Positions 40,531 through 53,614 of a stretch of DNA of 64,000 nucleotides are shown here, piece after piece. Positions within the stretch are counted from its first letter, which is position 1, and every line of letters starts with the position of its first letter. Below the pieces are notes generated by a model. It ran no database searches, was not told where the DNA came from, and saw only the letters and a program-made list of their open reading frames with translations. The position numbers and the translations under genes were made by a program. Origin of the DNA: Acidobacteriota bacterium (GTDB lineage: Bacteria > Acidobacteriota > UBA890 > WLXD01). The stretch lies in assembly GCA_963666215.2 (NCBI GenBank), contig CAXWPL010000002.1:480001-544000 (forward strand), in the 5' to 3' direction.

Positions 40531-41549
40531 GCGAATCACATCACAGGTCGGTTGTTGTTGTTTTTCCCGGCCAGGGCTCGCAGTACGTCGGCATGGGGCG
40601 GGAAGCGTGCTCAGCGTTCGCCGAAGCCCGTGCCACATTCGACGAGGCCGATGATGTGCTCGGGTTTTCGCTCTCGAGCCTCTGCTTCGAAGGAGACGAA
40701 GACGAACTTCGTAGGACCGAGAACACACAGCCAGCGCTGTTGACAATCAGCATTGCGCTGCAGCGTGCGCTCGCCGCCCGCGGCTTTGGCGTCGAGCGTT
40801 GGAGTGCCCTCGCCGGTCACTCCCTTGGGCAGTACAGCGCGCTCGTGGCGGCTGGCAGCTTGGAGTTCGCCGCCGCGCTGGAGCTCGTACGGGCGCGTGG
40901 GCGCTACATGCAAGAGTCGGTGCCGGAAGGGGAAGGCGCGATGGCAGCCATTCTCGGTCTCGAGAACGACGTCGTGCGCGCGGTGTGCATGTCTGCGACG
41001 GCGGCTGTTTCCGAGGCCTCAGGCGGATCCGGCTCGAGCGCTCAGGGCATCGTCGAGCCGGCCAACTACAACGCTCCGGGTCAGGTGGTGGTGGCTGGGC
41101 ACCGAGCCGCTGTTGAGGCAGCCGTAGTTGCTGCCAAGGAGCGCGGAGCTCGACGCGCGATCCTTTTGAACGTCAGTGCGCCTTTCCACTGCTCCCTGAT
41201 GGAGCCCGCGGCGGAGCGCCTCATTGCCGATCTGGCTGCGGTAGACATCTCACCGCCGCGAGTGCCGGTGGTCTGCAACGTGACGGCTCAGCCGCTGGCC
41301 GACGCGGCTACGGTGCGCAGAAATCTCGGCGAACAGGTAACGTCTCCCGTCCGCTGGGCGGAGAGCGTTCGGCGAATGGCATCCGACGCGACGAAGGCGG
41401 TCGACGACACCGTTACCTTCGCCGAGATCGGCCCCGGCCGCGTTCTGGCTGGGCTTGTTAAACGAACGCTCAAGGACGCGGCCGGCGGCACGTCAATACA
41501 CAGTGTGGAGACTCCAGAACAGGTCGAGACGCTGCTCGCGGAGACCTAG
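40527..41549 (+). CDS. fabD: Malonyl-CoA:ACP transacylase
   Basis: FPGQGSQ, TQPA, GHSLG, R..MQ, VSAPFH, PVRW. Confidence 0.96.
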   Translation: MSESHHRSVVVVFPGQGSQYVGMGREACSAFAEARATFDEADDVLGFSLSSLCFEGDEDELRRTENTQPALLTISIALQRALAARGFGVERWSALAGHSLGQYSALVAAGSLEFAAALELVRARGRYMQESVPEGEGAMAAILGLENDVVRAVCMSATAAVSEASGGSGSSAQGIVEPANYNAPGQVVVAGHRAAVEAAVVAAKERGARRAILLNVSAPFHCSLMEPAAERLIADLAAVDISPPRVPVVCNVTAQPLADAATVRRNLGEQVTSPVRWAESVRRMASDATKAVDDTVTFAEIGPGRVLAGLVKRTLKDAAGGTSIHSVETPEQVETLLAET

Positions 41550-41673
41550 CGGTGGCCGCCTGACAACGGCGCCCGGATTGGTGGCGCCCGCGGCCTACGG
41601 GCTCACCGCTGTCAAAATAGACTTCAGGGCGCGCCGGGTGCGCTCAGTTCATCGAATAGGGAAAGAGGAGGCC

Positions 41674-42435
41674 GTGAGCGGCGCATCGCGAAAGGGTCCG
41701 CTTCAGGACAAGGTCACGCTCATCACGGGAGCGTCGCAGGGAATCGGGCGCGCGATAGCCGCTCGGTTGGCCCGCGACGGCAGCCATCTGGTTGTTACCT
41801 CACGTCGCCAGGAAGCGTGCGAGGAGGTCGCCGCCGAGGCGCGGGCCCTCGGCGTGGAGGCACTTGCGCTCGCCCTCGACGTAGCCGATCCAGAGTCGGT
41901 CAAGGCCGCGGTCGCCGCCGCGATCGCTGGCTTCGGTCACGTTGACGCGCTGGTCAACAACGCCGGCATTACTCGTGACGCCCTGCTGCTGCGCCTCGAA
42001 GAAGAGGCCTGGGAGGATGTCATGCAGACAGACCTCGGAGGCGTCTTTAGGTGCTCCAAGGCCGTGCTAAGATCCATGCTTCGCCGCAGGCAAGGCAGGG
42101 TAGTTTCGATCAGTTCGGTGGTTGGCCTGCTCGGCAACCCGGGACAAACGAACTATGCTGCGGCCAAGGCCGGCGTGCACGGTTTCACCAAGGCCCTGGC
42201 GCGCGAAGTGGCCTCCCGCAACATCACGGTCAACGCGGTGGCACCCGGCTACATTGAGTCGGAGATGACAGAAGCGCTGCCGCAGCAGGCACAGGAGAGG
42301 CTGCACGATCAGATACCGCTCGGCCGGCTTGGCTCGGGCGACGATGTCGCCGGGGTCGTGGCCTTCCTGCTTTCGGACGATGCTGCCTACGTCACCGGCC
42401 AGGTGATTTGCGTCGATGGCGGGATGTGCATGTGA
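41674..42435 (+). CDS. fabG: 3-oxoacyl-ACP reductase
   Basis: TGASQGIG, NNAGITRD, YAAAK, VTGQVI.VDGGM. Confidence 0.96.
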   Translation: MSGASRKGPLQDKVTLITGASQGIGRAIAARLARDGSHLVVTSRRQEACEEVAAEARALGVEALALALDVADPESVKAAVAAAIAGFGHVDALVNNAGITRDALLLRLEEEAWEDVMQTDLGGVFRCSKAVLRSMLRRRQGRVVSISSVVGLLGNPGQTNYAAAKAGVHGFTKALAREVASRNITVNAVAPGYIESEMTEALPQQAQERLHDQIPLGRLGSGDDVAGVVAFLLSDDAAYVTGQVICVDGGMCM

Positions 42436-42513
42436 ACGTCCGCCCCCCGTTCGGGCGAGGTCAGAGAGCCTGATGAAAGCGGCGGGGAATTGATCCAGCA
42501 AGGAGCACACAGA

Positions 42514-42747
42514 ATGAGCGTTGAAGACAAAGTCAAAAGCATCATCGTCGAGCAGTTGGGAGTCGAGGCCGATGAGGTCACCATCGAGGCGTCGTTCGTC
42601 GAGGATCTGGGCGCCGATTCCCTCGATACCGTTGAGCTCGTGATGGCGTTCGAGGAGGAGTTCGACCTCGAGATTCCAGACGAGGACGCCGAGAAGATCG
42701 CCACGGTCAAGAACGCGGTCGAGTACATCAACGCCCACCAGAGCTGA
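42514..42747 (+). CDS. acpP: Acyl carrier protein
   Basis: [20 protein letters not shown]; AGGAG RBS. Confidence 0.98.
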   Translation: MSVEDKVKSIIVEQLGVEADEVTIEASFVEDLGADSLDTVELVMAFEEEFDLEIPDEDAEKIATVKNAVEYINAHQS

Positions 42748-42768
42748 TCGACTCCGGTCGCTCGAGCA

Positions 42769-44250
<1,482 letters not shown>

Positions 44251-44324
44251 CTAGAGTCACCTTTAGTCACCGTTAATCATCTCTGGCCTATCTTGTCTCC
44301 TCGTGGACTGCTAGAGTCGGTCGG

Positions 44325-45605
44325 ATGAGCGATCATCCCGCCTCGTGGCTGACGAGCCGCTACCAGCTGTTTGTCGCGTTTCGCTACCTGAAAGCCCGGC
44401 GAAAGCAGGCCTTCACCTCGGTAGTTTCGACCGTCTCGGTGCTCGGCGTGGTTGTCGGCGTCGCCGCGTTGATCATCGCTCTAGCTCTACTGACCGGCTT
44501 CCAGGGCGACATCCAGAACAAGATCATGGGCGCCAACGCCCACATCTTCGTGCAGGAGTTCGGCAACGACACCTTTGCCGGCTACGACGAGGTTGTACGG
44601 CTAGCCAGCAACGTGCCGGGTGTAGTGGCGGCCGCTCCCACGGTCCTGTTGCAAGGGCTCCTGCAGGGCAATCTCGAGCAACCGGCCTTCGTGCAGCTCA
44701 AGGGAATCGATCCGCGTGGCGAGGCCAAGACGACCGAGCTGCTCGATCGCATCGTCGAGGGGAGTCCGGAGCGTCTCCTGCGTCCCTACGGGTCGCCCGG
44801 CTCGCTGCCGGGAATCGTGCTGGGGCGCGACCTGGCCGACGAGCTCGCGTTCGCGAGTGTTGGCGACATCGTCGAGCTCATCGTGCCGTCGGCGCAGTCG
44901 ATGAACCCGTGGGGCGGCGGCGACGTTCGCACTCCCGATTTCGAAGTCGTCGGCATCTTCGATATCGGCATGTACGAGTACGACCGGACGTGGGCGCTGA
45001 TATCACTCGAGGCAGCTCAGAGTCTTCTGGAAGTCGGCGAGCGTGCGACGTTCGTGCAGCTCAAGGTCGACGACATCTTTGCCACGGATGCCATCGTCGA
45101 GCAGCTCGAGGAAGCGCTGGGCGACGGCTACTACGTGATGGACTGGAAGCGCATGAACCGCAGCTACTTCGCGGCGCTGCAGCTCGAGAAACTGGCGCTT
45201 TTCGTGACCATCAGCCTCATCGTGATGGTGGCGGCGCTCAACATCGTGGCGACGCTGGTCTTGATGATCAAGGACAAGCAGCGCGACATCGGCATCCTGA
45301 TGTCGCTCGGGGCCACCCGACGCGACGTCCTGTGGATCTTCCTCACGCAGGGCCTGGCAATCGGGCTGCTGGGCACGCTGCTGGGCTGCGTGCTCGGCGT
45401 CGCCATGTCGTGGCTCCTCGACACCTACGAGGTCGTCACGCTGCAGGCGGAGATCTACTACCTGTCCTATGTCCCGTTCGATGTCCGCGCCTGGGATTTT
45501 GCGCGCGTTTGCGCCTTCTCGGTTCTGGTGGCGTTCGCCGCCACCCTGTATCCCGCCTGGCGGGCCAGCCGGCTCGATCCGGTCGTCTCGCTACGCTACG
45601 AGTAG
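44325..45605 (+). CDS. lolE: Lipoprotein-releasing ABC permease LolC/E
   Basis: RYLKA.R..F, GVAALI, MVAALNI, DIGIL.SLGA, ATLYPAWRA..LDP...LRYE. Confidence 0.88.
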   Translation: MSDHPASWLTSRYQLFVAFRYLKARRKQAFTSVVSTVSVLGVVVGVAALIIALALLTGFQGDIQNKIMGANAHIFVQEFGNDTFAGYDEVVRLASNVPGVVAAAPTVLLQGLLQGNLEQPAFVQLKGIDPRGEAKTTELLDRIVEGSPERLLRPYGSPGSLPGIVLGRDLADELAFASVGDIVELIVPSAQSMNPWGGGDVRTPDFEVVGIFDIGMYEYDRTWALISLEAAQSLLEVGERATFVQLKVDDIFATDAIVEQLEEALGDGYYVMDWKRMNRSYFAALQLEKLALFVTISLIVMVAALNIVATLVLMIKDKQRDIGILMSLGATRRDVLWIFLTQGLAIGLLGTLLGCVLGVAMSWLLDTYEVVTLQAEIYYLSYVPFDVRAWDFARVCAFSVLVAFAATLYPAWRASRLDPVVSLRYE

Positions 45606-45646
45606 CTCGCCGAGCCGCTGACATGAACAGTGTCGGAGAGATCCGC

Positions 45647-46396
45647 ATGACGGCGACAGAGCCGCCCGCACCCAGCGATACGAACGCTGCTGACGCCGTT
45701 ACCGTGCCCACCGCGGACGTGTTGATCGATGCTCGCGCGGTTGCCAAGACCTACCCGTCCGGGCTCGGCGAGCTGCGTGTGCTCGAGGGCTGCGACCTAC
45801 GGGTGGGCGAGGGCGAACGGGTAGCGATTGTCGGCCCCAGCGGCGTTGGCAAGACCACGTTGTTGCATTTACTTGCCGGGTTCGATCGACCCGACGCGGG
45901 TGAGATCCGCTTCCGCGGTCAAGATCTCGCCACGCTTCCGGAACATGATCTCGCCGCCTTTCGCAATCGCGAGATCGGCATGGTGTTCCAGTTCTACCAT
46001 CTGCTCGCAGAGTTCACGGCGTTGGAGAACGTGATGATGCCGCTGCTGATTGCCGGCAAGAGCGGTGCCCACGAGCGCGCGGCGGAATTGCTGGCTGAAA
46101 CAGGGCTGGAGGGTAGGGGGCACCACTTTCCAGCGGAGCTTTCTGGAGGCGAGCGGCAGCGGGTGGCCATTGCGCGGGCGCTCGCGCGGCGGCCGAGCCT
46201 GATCGTGGCCGATGAGCCCACCGGTGATCTCGATCAGGAAACAGGTGGGCGCGTGATGGACATGTTCCTGCGCGTGCACGAGGCGCATCGAACAGCCCTC
46301 GTGATGGTGACGCACAATCTGGAGCTCACCCGGCCGTTCGATCGCGTTCTCGAGATGCAGCCGCGAGGTCATCTGATCGAGGTGTCGTCGTCATGA
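45647..46396 (+). CDS. lolD: Lipoprotein-releasing ABC ATPase
   Basis: GPSGVGKTT, GMVFQFYHLL.EFTALENV, LSGGERQR, ADEPTGDLD; start at 45623 or 45647. Confidence 0.92.
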   Translation: MTATEPPAPSDTNAADAVTVPTADVLIDARAVAKTYPSGLGELRVLEGCDLRVGEGERVAIVGPSGVGKTTLLHLLAGFDRPDAGEIRFRGQDLATLPEHDLAAFRNREIGMVFQFYHLLAEFTALENVMMPLLIAGKSGAHERAAELLAETGLEGRGHHFPAELSGGERQRVAIARALARRPSLIVADEPTGDLDQETGGRVMDMFLRVHEAHRTALVMVTHNLELTRPFDRVLEMQPRGHLIEVSSS

Positions 46397-46671
46397 TGGG
46401 GATCGATGTGGGACGGAATCGGGCCCGGGGGAACCGAGCCCTGTCGCGCGGCACCAGTCGACGTGGTGGTGGGAAAACGACAGACACCCCGGGACAGGTT
46501 CGTCTTGTTCGCTCGGAAGAGCCGCCTGTATACTCAGACGACTGCGGCGCCGCATGGCACCGCGAGCTTTATGCAGCGTGCTCGGTGGTGCTCGGCGATC
46601 CGGTGGAGCTTCCTGGCTCTTTGAATCGTCTGTTGGCCTCCCCCGTAGCACCTGGAGCCGGGGTCTAGACG

Positions 46672-49119
46672 ATGTTCGAGCGTTATACAGAAAGAGCTCG
46701 ACGAGTCATTTTTTTCGCGCGCTACGAGGCCAGCCAGCTCGGCTCGAGAACGATCGAGACCGAGCACCTGCTGCTCGGGCTCATTCGCGAGAACAACGGC
46801 CTTACCGGCAAGCTGTTGGTGCGCGCCAGCATCGAATCCGACTCGATTCGCGGCGAGATTCAGACACGCACCGAGGTACGCGAGAAGATCTCGACCTCCG
46901 TGGAGATTCCGCTTTCGGTGGAGTCGAAGCGTGTGCTCGCGTACGCCGCCGAAGAGGCGGAGAAGATGCTGCACAAGTACATCGGCACCGAGCACATCCT
47001 GCTCGGGCTGTTGCGCGAGAAGAAGTCACTGGCCTCGCGAATTCTGGTGGAGCGTGGCATGCGGCTGTCGACCGCGCGCGAGGACCTACTCTTCCTGCTG
47101 AAGGAGAAGAACCTCAGCGAGAAGAAGAAGGAGACTCCCTTCCTTTCGGAGTTCTCGCGCGATCTGACCGAGATGGCCGCCAAGGGCCGACTTGATCCGC
47201 TGATTGGTCGCGAGGCCGAGCTTGGACGCACGGTGCAGATCCTTTGCCGCCGCACCAAGAACAACGCCGTGCTGATCGGCGAGCCCGGCGTTGGCAAGAC
47301 GGCGCTGGTCGAGGGCCTGGCCCAGCGAATTGTCAGCGGCGAGGTGCCGAGATTCCTCGCCGACAAGCGGATCCTCGAGCTCGACATCTCTTCGGTGGTA
47401 GCCGGTACGAAGTATCGCGGTCAGTTCGAAGAGCGGCTCAAGACCATCATGAAGGAACTCGTCGAGAACTCCGAGATCGTCATCTTCATCGACGAGCTGC
47501 ACACACTTGTGGGCGCCGGCTCGGCGGAGGGTTCGCTCGACGCCGCTGGGATCCTGAAGCCGGCGTTGGCACGCGGCGAGATCCAGTGCATTGGCTCGAC
47601 CACGCCACGCGAATACCGACGACACATCGAAAAAGACCGAGCGCTGGCGCGCCGCTTCCAGGAAATCAACCTCGATCAGCCCACCGAGGAGGAAACGATC
47701 CTCATCGTGGAGGGCATTCGCGATCGCTACGAGAAATACCACGGTGTGATGTACACCGACGAGGCTCTTCACGCCGCTGTCTACCAGAGCAATCGCTACA
47801 TCAACGACCGGTTCCTACCCGACAAGGCGATTGACGTCCTCGACGAGACTGGCGCGCGTGTGAAACTGGCGATGAACTCCGCGCCGCGTCGCCTCAAGGA
47901 CCTCGAGGAGCGTGCCCGGGAGCTCTCCGACAAGCTCAACGAAGCGATCGCCGGCGAAGAGTTCGAGCAGGCGGCGCGTTTTCGCGATGCGATGAAGCGA
48001 CATCGTGAGCAGGTCGAGCACCTGCGAGCGGACCTCGACGACGACGAGCTCGACGTACCTCCTCTCGAAGTTACCGCAGAGGATGTGGAGCAGGTCGTTT
48101 CCAACTGGACCGGAATCCCGATCAGCTCGATTCGGCAGGAAGAGGTCGACAAGCTGGTGCACATGGAGGATCACCTGCACCGACGCATCGTCGCTCAGGA
48201 CGAGGCCGTTGAAGTGGTCTCGCGCGCCATCCGGCGCTCACGCTCGGGCCTCAAGAATCCGCGTCGACCGGTTGGTTCCTTCCTTCTCCTGGGTCCCACA
48301 GGTGTCGGCAAGACGGAGGTGGCCCGCACGCTGGCCAGCTTCCTCTTCGGTGACGAGCGTTCGCTCGTTCGCTTCGACATGTCGGAATTCATGGAGAGGC
48401 ACTCGGTTTCGAAGCTGATCGGCTCGCCTCCCGGCTACGTTGGGCACGAGGAGGGCGGCCAGCTCACCGACCGCGTCAAGCGCAACCCGTACAGCATTGT
48501 GCTGCTGGACGAGATCGAGAAGGCCCACCCCTCGATCTTCAACATTCTGCTGCAGGTCTTTGAGGACGGGCAGCTCACCGACGGTCTGGGCAACACGATC
48601 GACTTCAAGAACTGCATCGTCATCATGACCTCGAACATCGGCGCGCGATTCATTCAGAAGCGTGGCGGCCTTGGCTTCCGCTCCAACGATCAGGCAGCCA
48701 CGTTCAAGGACATGCGCGACCGTGTTCTCGATGAGGTCAAGCGCACGTTCAACCCGGAGTTCCTCAACCGGCTCGACGAGCTGATCGTGTTCCATGAGCT
48801 TGAGGACGAGCACCTGGTTCAAATCATTCGCCTGATGATCGACGAGGTGAACGTCAACTTGGCCTCCAAGGACATCCACGTTGAGCTCACCGACGAGGCC
48901 TACACCTGGCTCATCGAGACTACGTGTGGCGACCGAAGCTACGGCGCGCGGCCGCTCCGACGCGCCATCCAGAAGCACATCGAGGACGCGCTCGCCGAAG
49001 AGCTGATTCGAGGTCGTTTCCGTGGTGGCGCCCGGGTGAAGGTCGCGGCAGGCGCGGTTGGCCTCGATCTCACGATCGAGAAGATCAGCAGCCCCGAGCC
49101 CGCTGCCGCCGTAACGTAG
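46672..49119 (+). CDS. clpC: ATP-dependent Clp protease ATPase subunit
   Basis: MFERYTE Clp-N domain, [11 protein letters not shown]-like middle domain, [22 protein letters not shown]. Confidence 0.95.
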   Translation: MFERYTERARRVIFFARYEASQLGSRTIETEHLLLGLIRENNGLTGKLLVRASIESDSIRGEIQTRTEVREKISTSVEIPLSVESKRVLAYAAEEAEKMLHKYIGTEHILLGLLREKKSLASRILVERGMRLSTAREDLLFLLKEKNLSEKKKETPFLSEFSRDLTEMAAKGRLDPLIGREAELGRTVQILCRRTKNNAVLIGEPGVGKTALVEGLAQRIVSGEVPRFLADKRILELDISSVVAGTKYRGQFEERLKTIMKELVENSEIVIFIDELHTLVGAGSAEGSLDAAGILKPALARGEIQCIGSTTPREYRRHIEKDRALARRFQEINLDQPTEEETILIVEGIRDRYEKYHGVMYTDEALHAAVYQSNRYINDRFLPDKAIDVLDETGARVKLAMNSAPRRLKDLEERARELSDKLNEAIAGEEFEQAARFRDAMKRHREQVEHLRADLDDDELDVPPLEVTAEDVEQVVSNWTGIPISSIRQEEVDKLVHMEDHLHRRIVAQDEAVEVVSRAIRRSRSGLKNPRRPVGSFLLLGPTGVGKTEVARTLASFLFGDERSLVRFDMSEFMERHSVSKLIGSPPGYVGHEEGGQLTDRVKRNPYSIVLLDEIEKAHPSIFNILLQVFEDGQLTDGLGNTIDFKNCIVIMTSNIGARFIQKRGGLGFRSNDQAATFKDMRDRVLDEVKRTFNPEFLNRLDELIVFHELEDEHLVQIIRLMIDEVNVNLASKDIHVELTDEAYTWLIETTCGDRSYGARPLRRAIQKHIEDALAEELIRGRFRGGARVKVAAGAVGLDLTIEKISSPEPAAAVT

Positions 49120-49558
49120 CAAGCACCAGCGGTCGGTCGACGGGTCTGGAATCGAGCTTTCCTTTCGTGCGCGGTCGGCGCCCGAAGCTCGGGTCTTCGA
49201 CCCGCCCGTCGTGAGCAGCTGGATCGTGAGCGACTCAGGCGCTCGTCAACGAGGAGCAAGACCGAACGCAACGCTCTCGGTCCAGGCTGACGAGGCCAGC
49301 GTCGGAGAACGATAGATCGCGCTCGCAGCGCTTCCCCGCGGCCGCCGTTCTTTTGGGCCGACCAATTGAGCCCCGCTTGCGTCTCACGATTGAGGCCTGT
49401 GAGGAGGCTTTTCCTGCACGCGCCGGAGTGCTCGAGCGCCGCTCGGCGGACCGGCCGATACGCTAGACTCTAGCGATCCGCTATCATGCCTTGTCCTGCC
49501 TCCGTTTCGGGCTGGATCGGGTGACCAACGTCCCGAGATCGTCTCCGGGTAGAACTCG

Positions 49559-52024
49559 ATGTCCAGCCCCAGCAATCGAGCGCACACCCGCACGGCCCGG
49601 CTCGCGCTCGGGCTTGCGCTCACCGTGATGGCGTGCGCTGCCGCGACGCAGGTCCAGGCCCAGGATCTCGTAAATCGAGAGCCGCAAGGACGCACGGTGG
49701 AAGCGATCCGTGTAGACGGCCAGCACACCGTTGGTGAGGAAACCATCCTCTTCTACCTGGCCACGCGTGCCGGCCAGTCGTTCGACTGGACCATGGCGCG
49801 GCAGGACTACCAGACGCTGCTCAACACCAACTGGTTCAGCGATTTGATCCTGCGCTGGGAGGAGGGCACGCAGGGTGGCGTCGTGCTGGTGCTCGAGGTT
49901 GAAGAAAAGCCGCGCTTGAGACAAGTCCGCATCGTGGGTACCGGCAAGGTCGACGGTGACGATCTGGTCGAGCGAATGGAACAACTCGAGCGCCCGATTG
50001 CCGTTGACGACTTCATCGACGAGCAGCGTCTGCGCGAGGCCGACGAGATCTTGACTCTGATGCTACAGGGCGAGGGTGGCCTGCAATTTGTCCAGGTAAC
50101 GCGGGAGATCGTCGACTCGGAGCTTGGGGCCGGTGTCGACGCCGTGTTCAACGTCATCGAAGGCGACGAGGTCCGCATTTCCGAGGTCATGTTCGAGGGC
50201 GTTACGGTCTTCAGCCAGCGCGAGCTGCGCTGGGCGATGAAACGCACCAACGAGCACCACTTCTTGTCGTTCATAAACAAGTCGGATCGCTTCTCGATGG
50301 CGGGTTTCGAGGCCGACATGATCGGCATCTCCAATATGTATCGTCGTCAGGGCTTTCTCGATTTCAACTTCGGCGAGCCCGAGATTCGCGTTTTCGACGA
50401 CGACCGCGCGCTCTGGTGGGACGACAAGCAACGACTCTCGCTCATGATTCCGATCCATGAGGGGCCGCAGTACCGCATTGCCAAGCTGGACGTCGAGGGC
50501 AACACTCATTTCGAGGACGATGAGCTCCTGAAGGTGCTCGACCTCAAGCCCGGCGACGTGGTCAATGTCGACGAGATTCGGCTCGCTCAAACGGCCATCG
50601 AGGCCATGTACACCGCCGCTGGCTATTTGCAGGTGGCGACGGCACCGGCGCCGGAACAGTTTCCGGAAACCGCCGAGGCGAACCTTACTTTCCGGGTAAC
50701 GGAGAACGACATCTACAACGTCAACCGGATCGAGTTCGAGGGCAACACCCACACCCGCGAACATGTTCTGCGACGAGCGATCCATCTCAAAGAGGACTCG
50801 CGCTGGGAACAGCAGAGCTACGTCGCCAGCCTCCAGCGCCTCTACCAGCTCGGCTATTTCCAAGACGTAACCCCCGACCTCCAAACCGCCCCGCCGGGCC
50901 AGACCCCCGATGGCTCGCCGAGCACGAAACCGGATGAGGGCACCGTCGACGTGAAACTCCGGGTGCAGGAGCTCGGCCGCAATCAGATCCAATTTGGCGG
51001 TGGACTGTCTGCCCTCGAAGGCGCCTTCGTCCAGTTCGGCTACACGACGCGCAATCTGTTCGGCTACGGACAGACGCTGTCGCTGCAGGGGCAGTTCGGT
51101 GGCCGAAGGACCAACGCTCGTATCGGCTTCTCCGACCCCTACGTCTTCGGGAAGCGGCTACGGTTCGGACTCGACCTCTTCCGTGACGCGATCGACTTCC
51201 CGGACTTCCAGCGGTCGGGCACGGGTTTCTCGACCCGCCTCGGCATGCCGACGAATCGCCGAGAGAGCATCGCTCTGTTCGTCGAATACAACTACGAGAT
51301 CATCGACATCGGTAACGTTGGCAGCGCCTTCGGCAGTCTGTCGGATCCGCTCTTCAACGCCCTGTTTCTTTTCGAGGGGCGCCGGGTGACGAGCAGCGTG
51401 CGACCGTTCGCGCTGATCAACACCATCGACAACCCGTGGAACGCGTCACGCGGCACCCGAACGAGCGTGTCGTACGAGCGCGCCGGGGGCCCCTTCGGTG
51501 GCACCCTCGACTTCTGGAAAGCGATAGCCCGGACCACGGTGTACCTACCCACCCGCTCCGCGGGCTCGGGACTTATCCGCCAGCCCAAACAGATCTTGGC
51601 GATCAACATCGATGCTCGCTACGGGCAGCCAACGGGCGACCTGGAAGAGCTCCCCATCTTCGAGCGTTTCTTCCTTGGGGGCAGCAACTCGGTACGTGGC
51701 ACGCGGTTGCGTGCGATTGGCCCTATGGACGACCGCGGCAATATTCTCGGTGGTACCAAGGCGTTGCAGTACAACTTGGAGTACATCTTCCAGCTCTCCA
51801 GCGCGCTCCGCGTGTCGATGTTCCACGACGCCGGGCAGGCTTGGCTGGAGAACGAATCCATCAACTTTGGTGAGATGCGGCGCTCCGCGGGCGTTCAGGT
51901 GAGTATCTTCGCGCCCGTGTTCAACGTGCCGTTCCGCTTCTTCTGGGCGTACAACTTCGATCCTCTCGAGAACGTCGGAGAGGAGACGTCCACCTTCGAG
52001 TTCGCGATTGGGTCGACGTTCTGA
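49559..52024 (+). CDS. bamA: Outer membrane protein assembly factor BamA
   Basis: Signal peptide, POTRA repeats, NLFG.GQ, RFFLGGSNSVRG, C-terminal IGSTF. Confidence 0.95.
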   Translation: MSSPSNRAHTRTARLALGLALTVMACAAATQVQAQDLVNREPQGRTVEAIRVDGQHTVGEETILFYLATRAGQSFDWTMARQDYQTLLNTNWFSDLILRWEEGTQGGVVLVLEVEEKPRLRQVRIVGTGKVDGDDLVERMEQLERPIAVDDFIDEQRLREADEILTLMLQGEGGLQFVQVTREIVDSELGAGVDAVFNVIEGDEVRISEVMFEGVTVFSQRELRWAMKRTNEHHFLSFINKSDRFSMAGFEADMIGISNMYRRQGFLDFNFGEPEIRVFDDDRALWWDDKQRLSLMIPIHEGPQYRIAKLDVEGNTHFEDDELLKVLDLKPGDVVNVDEIRLAQTAIEAMYTAAGYLQVATAPAPEQFPETAEANLTFRVTENDIYNVNRIEFEGNTHTREHVLRRAIHLKEDSRWEQQSYVASLQRLYQLGYFQDVTPDLQTAPPGQTPDGSPSTKPDEGTVDVKLRVQELGRNQIQFGGGLSALEGAFVQFGYTTRNLFGYGQTLSLQGQFGGRRTNARIGFSDPYVFGKRLRFGLDLFRDAIDFPDFQRSGTGFSTRLGMPTNRRESIALFVEYNYEIIDIGNVGSAFGSLSDPLFNALFLFEGRRVTSSVRPFALINTIDNPWNASRGTRTSVSYERAGGPFGGTLDFWKAIARTTVYLPTRSAGSGLIRQPKQILAINIDARYGQPTGDLEELPIFERFFLGGSNSVRGTRLRAIGPMDDRGNILGGTKALQYNLEYIFQLSSALRVSMFHDAGQAWLENESINFGEMRRSAGVQVSIFAPVFNVPFRFFWAYNFDPLENVGEETSTFEFAIGSTF

Positions 52025-52037
52025 GGCTGAGCCGCTA

Positions 52038-53162
52038 GTGCTCGCCCTCGCGGAGCTGCTCGCGCTCGTCGATGGTCGGCTCGTTAGCGCTCGGGTCACG
52101 AGTCTCCTTAACGAGGCGGAGGCCTCTGGCGGTGCCGACAGTTCCGACGCGACGGTCGTCCGCGCAGTCGCCGAGCTCGAGAGAGCTGGTGCTGGCGACC
52201 TCGCCTTTTGTGTCGGCGGACGCTCGCTTCCGGCGAAGGCACTCGAGAGCTGCGCCGCCAGCGTCATTCTCGTCCCGCGCGGCGCCGCTGCGAAGCTATC
52301 GACGACGACCGGTAGCGCGGTCCTCATCGAGGTTCGTGATCCTCGACACGCGGCGACCTTGGTGCTCCAGCATCTCCACCCACGTCGCCCGGCCGCGTTG
52401 GGCATACATGCGACAGCCGTGCTTGGTGACGACGTCAAGATTGCCGACGGCGTCACCATCGGTCCCTACGCCGTGCTGGGTGATGGCGCCCAGGTGGGAG
52501 TCAACAGCGAGATCGGTGCCGGGTGCGTGCTCGAGGCCGATGTGGTGATCGGAAACGACTGCCTGGTGCATCCAAATGCAACGATCTATCGCGGCTGCCG
52601 ACTCGGCGATCGTGTAGAGGTGCACGCTGGAGTGGTGATCGGATCCGATGGCTTCGGTTATGTTCGCGAAGGCGCCACCCACATCAAGATGCCGCAGATT
52701 GGAACGGTTGTCATCGGCGATGACGTCGAGGTGGGCGCGAATTCGTGCGTCGATCGAGCGACGCTATCGGAGACCCGGATTGGCTCTCGCACCAAGATCG
52801 ACAACCTCGTGCAGGTCGGCCACAATTGCGACATCGGGGAGGATTGCGCGCTCGGCGGCCTCGTGGGGCTGTCGGGCGGCACGATTTTCGAAGATGGCGT
52901 AATCGCGGGCGGCAACGTTGGCACAGCGGGTCATCAACGGATCGGTAGGGGAGCCATGCTAGCCGCCAAGACCGGAGTGCTCGGGGACGTATCACCGGGG
53001 GCCGTTGTCTGCGGCACTCCACAAATGGAGATCGGCCTGTTCAAGCGAGTCGCCGGCGCTTGGCGCCGTTTGCCCGATCTGTTACGTCGGGTGCGCCGAC
53101 TCGAACAGAAGGTCGACGCCGAGCTCGCTCGTCGCGACACGTCCGGGAGAGCGGTCGAATGA
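52038..53162 (+). CDS. lpxD: UDP-3-O-acylglucosamine N-acyltransferase
   Basis: GSDGFGY, PQIG.V.I.DDVEVGAN..DRA, KIDNLVQVGHN. Confidence 0.95.
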   Translation: MLALAELLALVDGRLVSARVTSLLNEAEASGGADSSDATVVRAVAELERAGAGDLAFCVGGRSLPAKALESCAASVILVPRGAAAKLSTTTGSAVLIEVRDPRHAATLVLQHLHPRRPAALGIHATAVLGDDVKIADGVTIGPYAVLGDGAQVGVNSEIGAGCVLEADVVIGNDCLVHPNATIYRGCRLGDRVEVHAGVVIGSDGFGYVREGATHIKMPQIGTVVIGDDVEVGANSCVDRATLSETRIGSRTKIDNLVQVGHNCDIGEDCALGGLVGLSGGTIFEDGVIAGGNVGTAGHQRIGRGAMLAAKTGVLGDVSPGAVVCGTPQMEIGLFKRVAGAWRRLPDLLRRVRRLEQKVDAELARRDTSGRAVE

Positions 53163-53614
53163 GCGTCGACATCGGACGTATTCTGCGGGCGCTGCCGCAC
53201 CGCTATCCGTTCCTGCTCGTCGACCGGATTCTCGAGGTTCAGGACAACAAACGCGTCGTGGGAATCAAGAACGTGACGATCAACGAGCCGTTCTTCCAGG
53301 GGCACTTCCCGGGGAACCCGGTCATGCCCGGGGTTTTGATCATCGAGTCGCTCGCCCAGGCAGGCGCCGTGCTGCTGCTCGCCGGGCGTGAGGAGGACAT
53401 GACCAATCGTTACGTCTATCTCGCCGGCGTCGACGATGTGCGCTTCCGCCGGCCGGTGGTGCCCGGTGACCAGCTACGACTCGAGCTCGACGTGCTCTCC
53501 CTGCGAAGCCGCGCTTGCAAGATGGTGGGCACGGCAACCGTTGACGGTGAGTTGGCGGCGCGTGCGACACTGCTGTCGATGATGGTCGACCTGGGCACGG
53601 ATGAGAGCTCCTGA
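53159..53614 (+). CDS. fabZ: 3-hydroxyacyl-ACP dehydratase
   Basis: LPHRYPFLLVD, EPFFQGHFP, PGVLIIE..AQ. Confidence 0.97.
   Translation: MSVDIGRILRALPHRYPFLLVDRILEVQDNKRVVGIKNVTINEPFFQGHFPGNPVMPGVLIIESLAQAGAVLLLAGREEDMTNRYVYLAGVDDVRFRRPVVPGDQLRLELDVLSLRSRACKMVGTATVDGELAARATLLSMMVDLGTDESS

Noticed and set aside
44345-45622. Apparent 400+ aa N-terminal extension of LolD
   Set aside because: It is an alternative frame overlapping lolC/E; LolD homology begins only near 45700.
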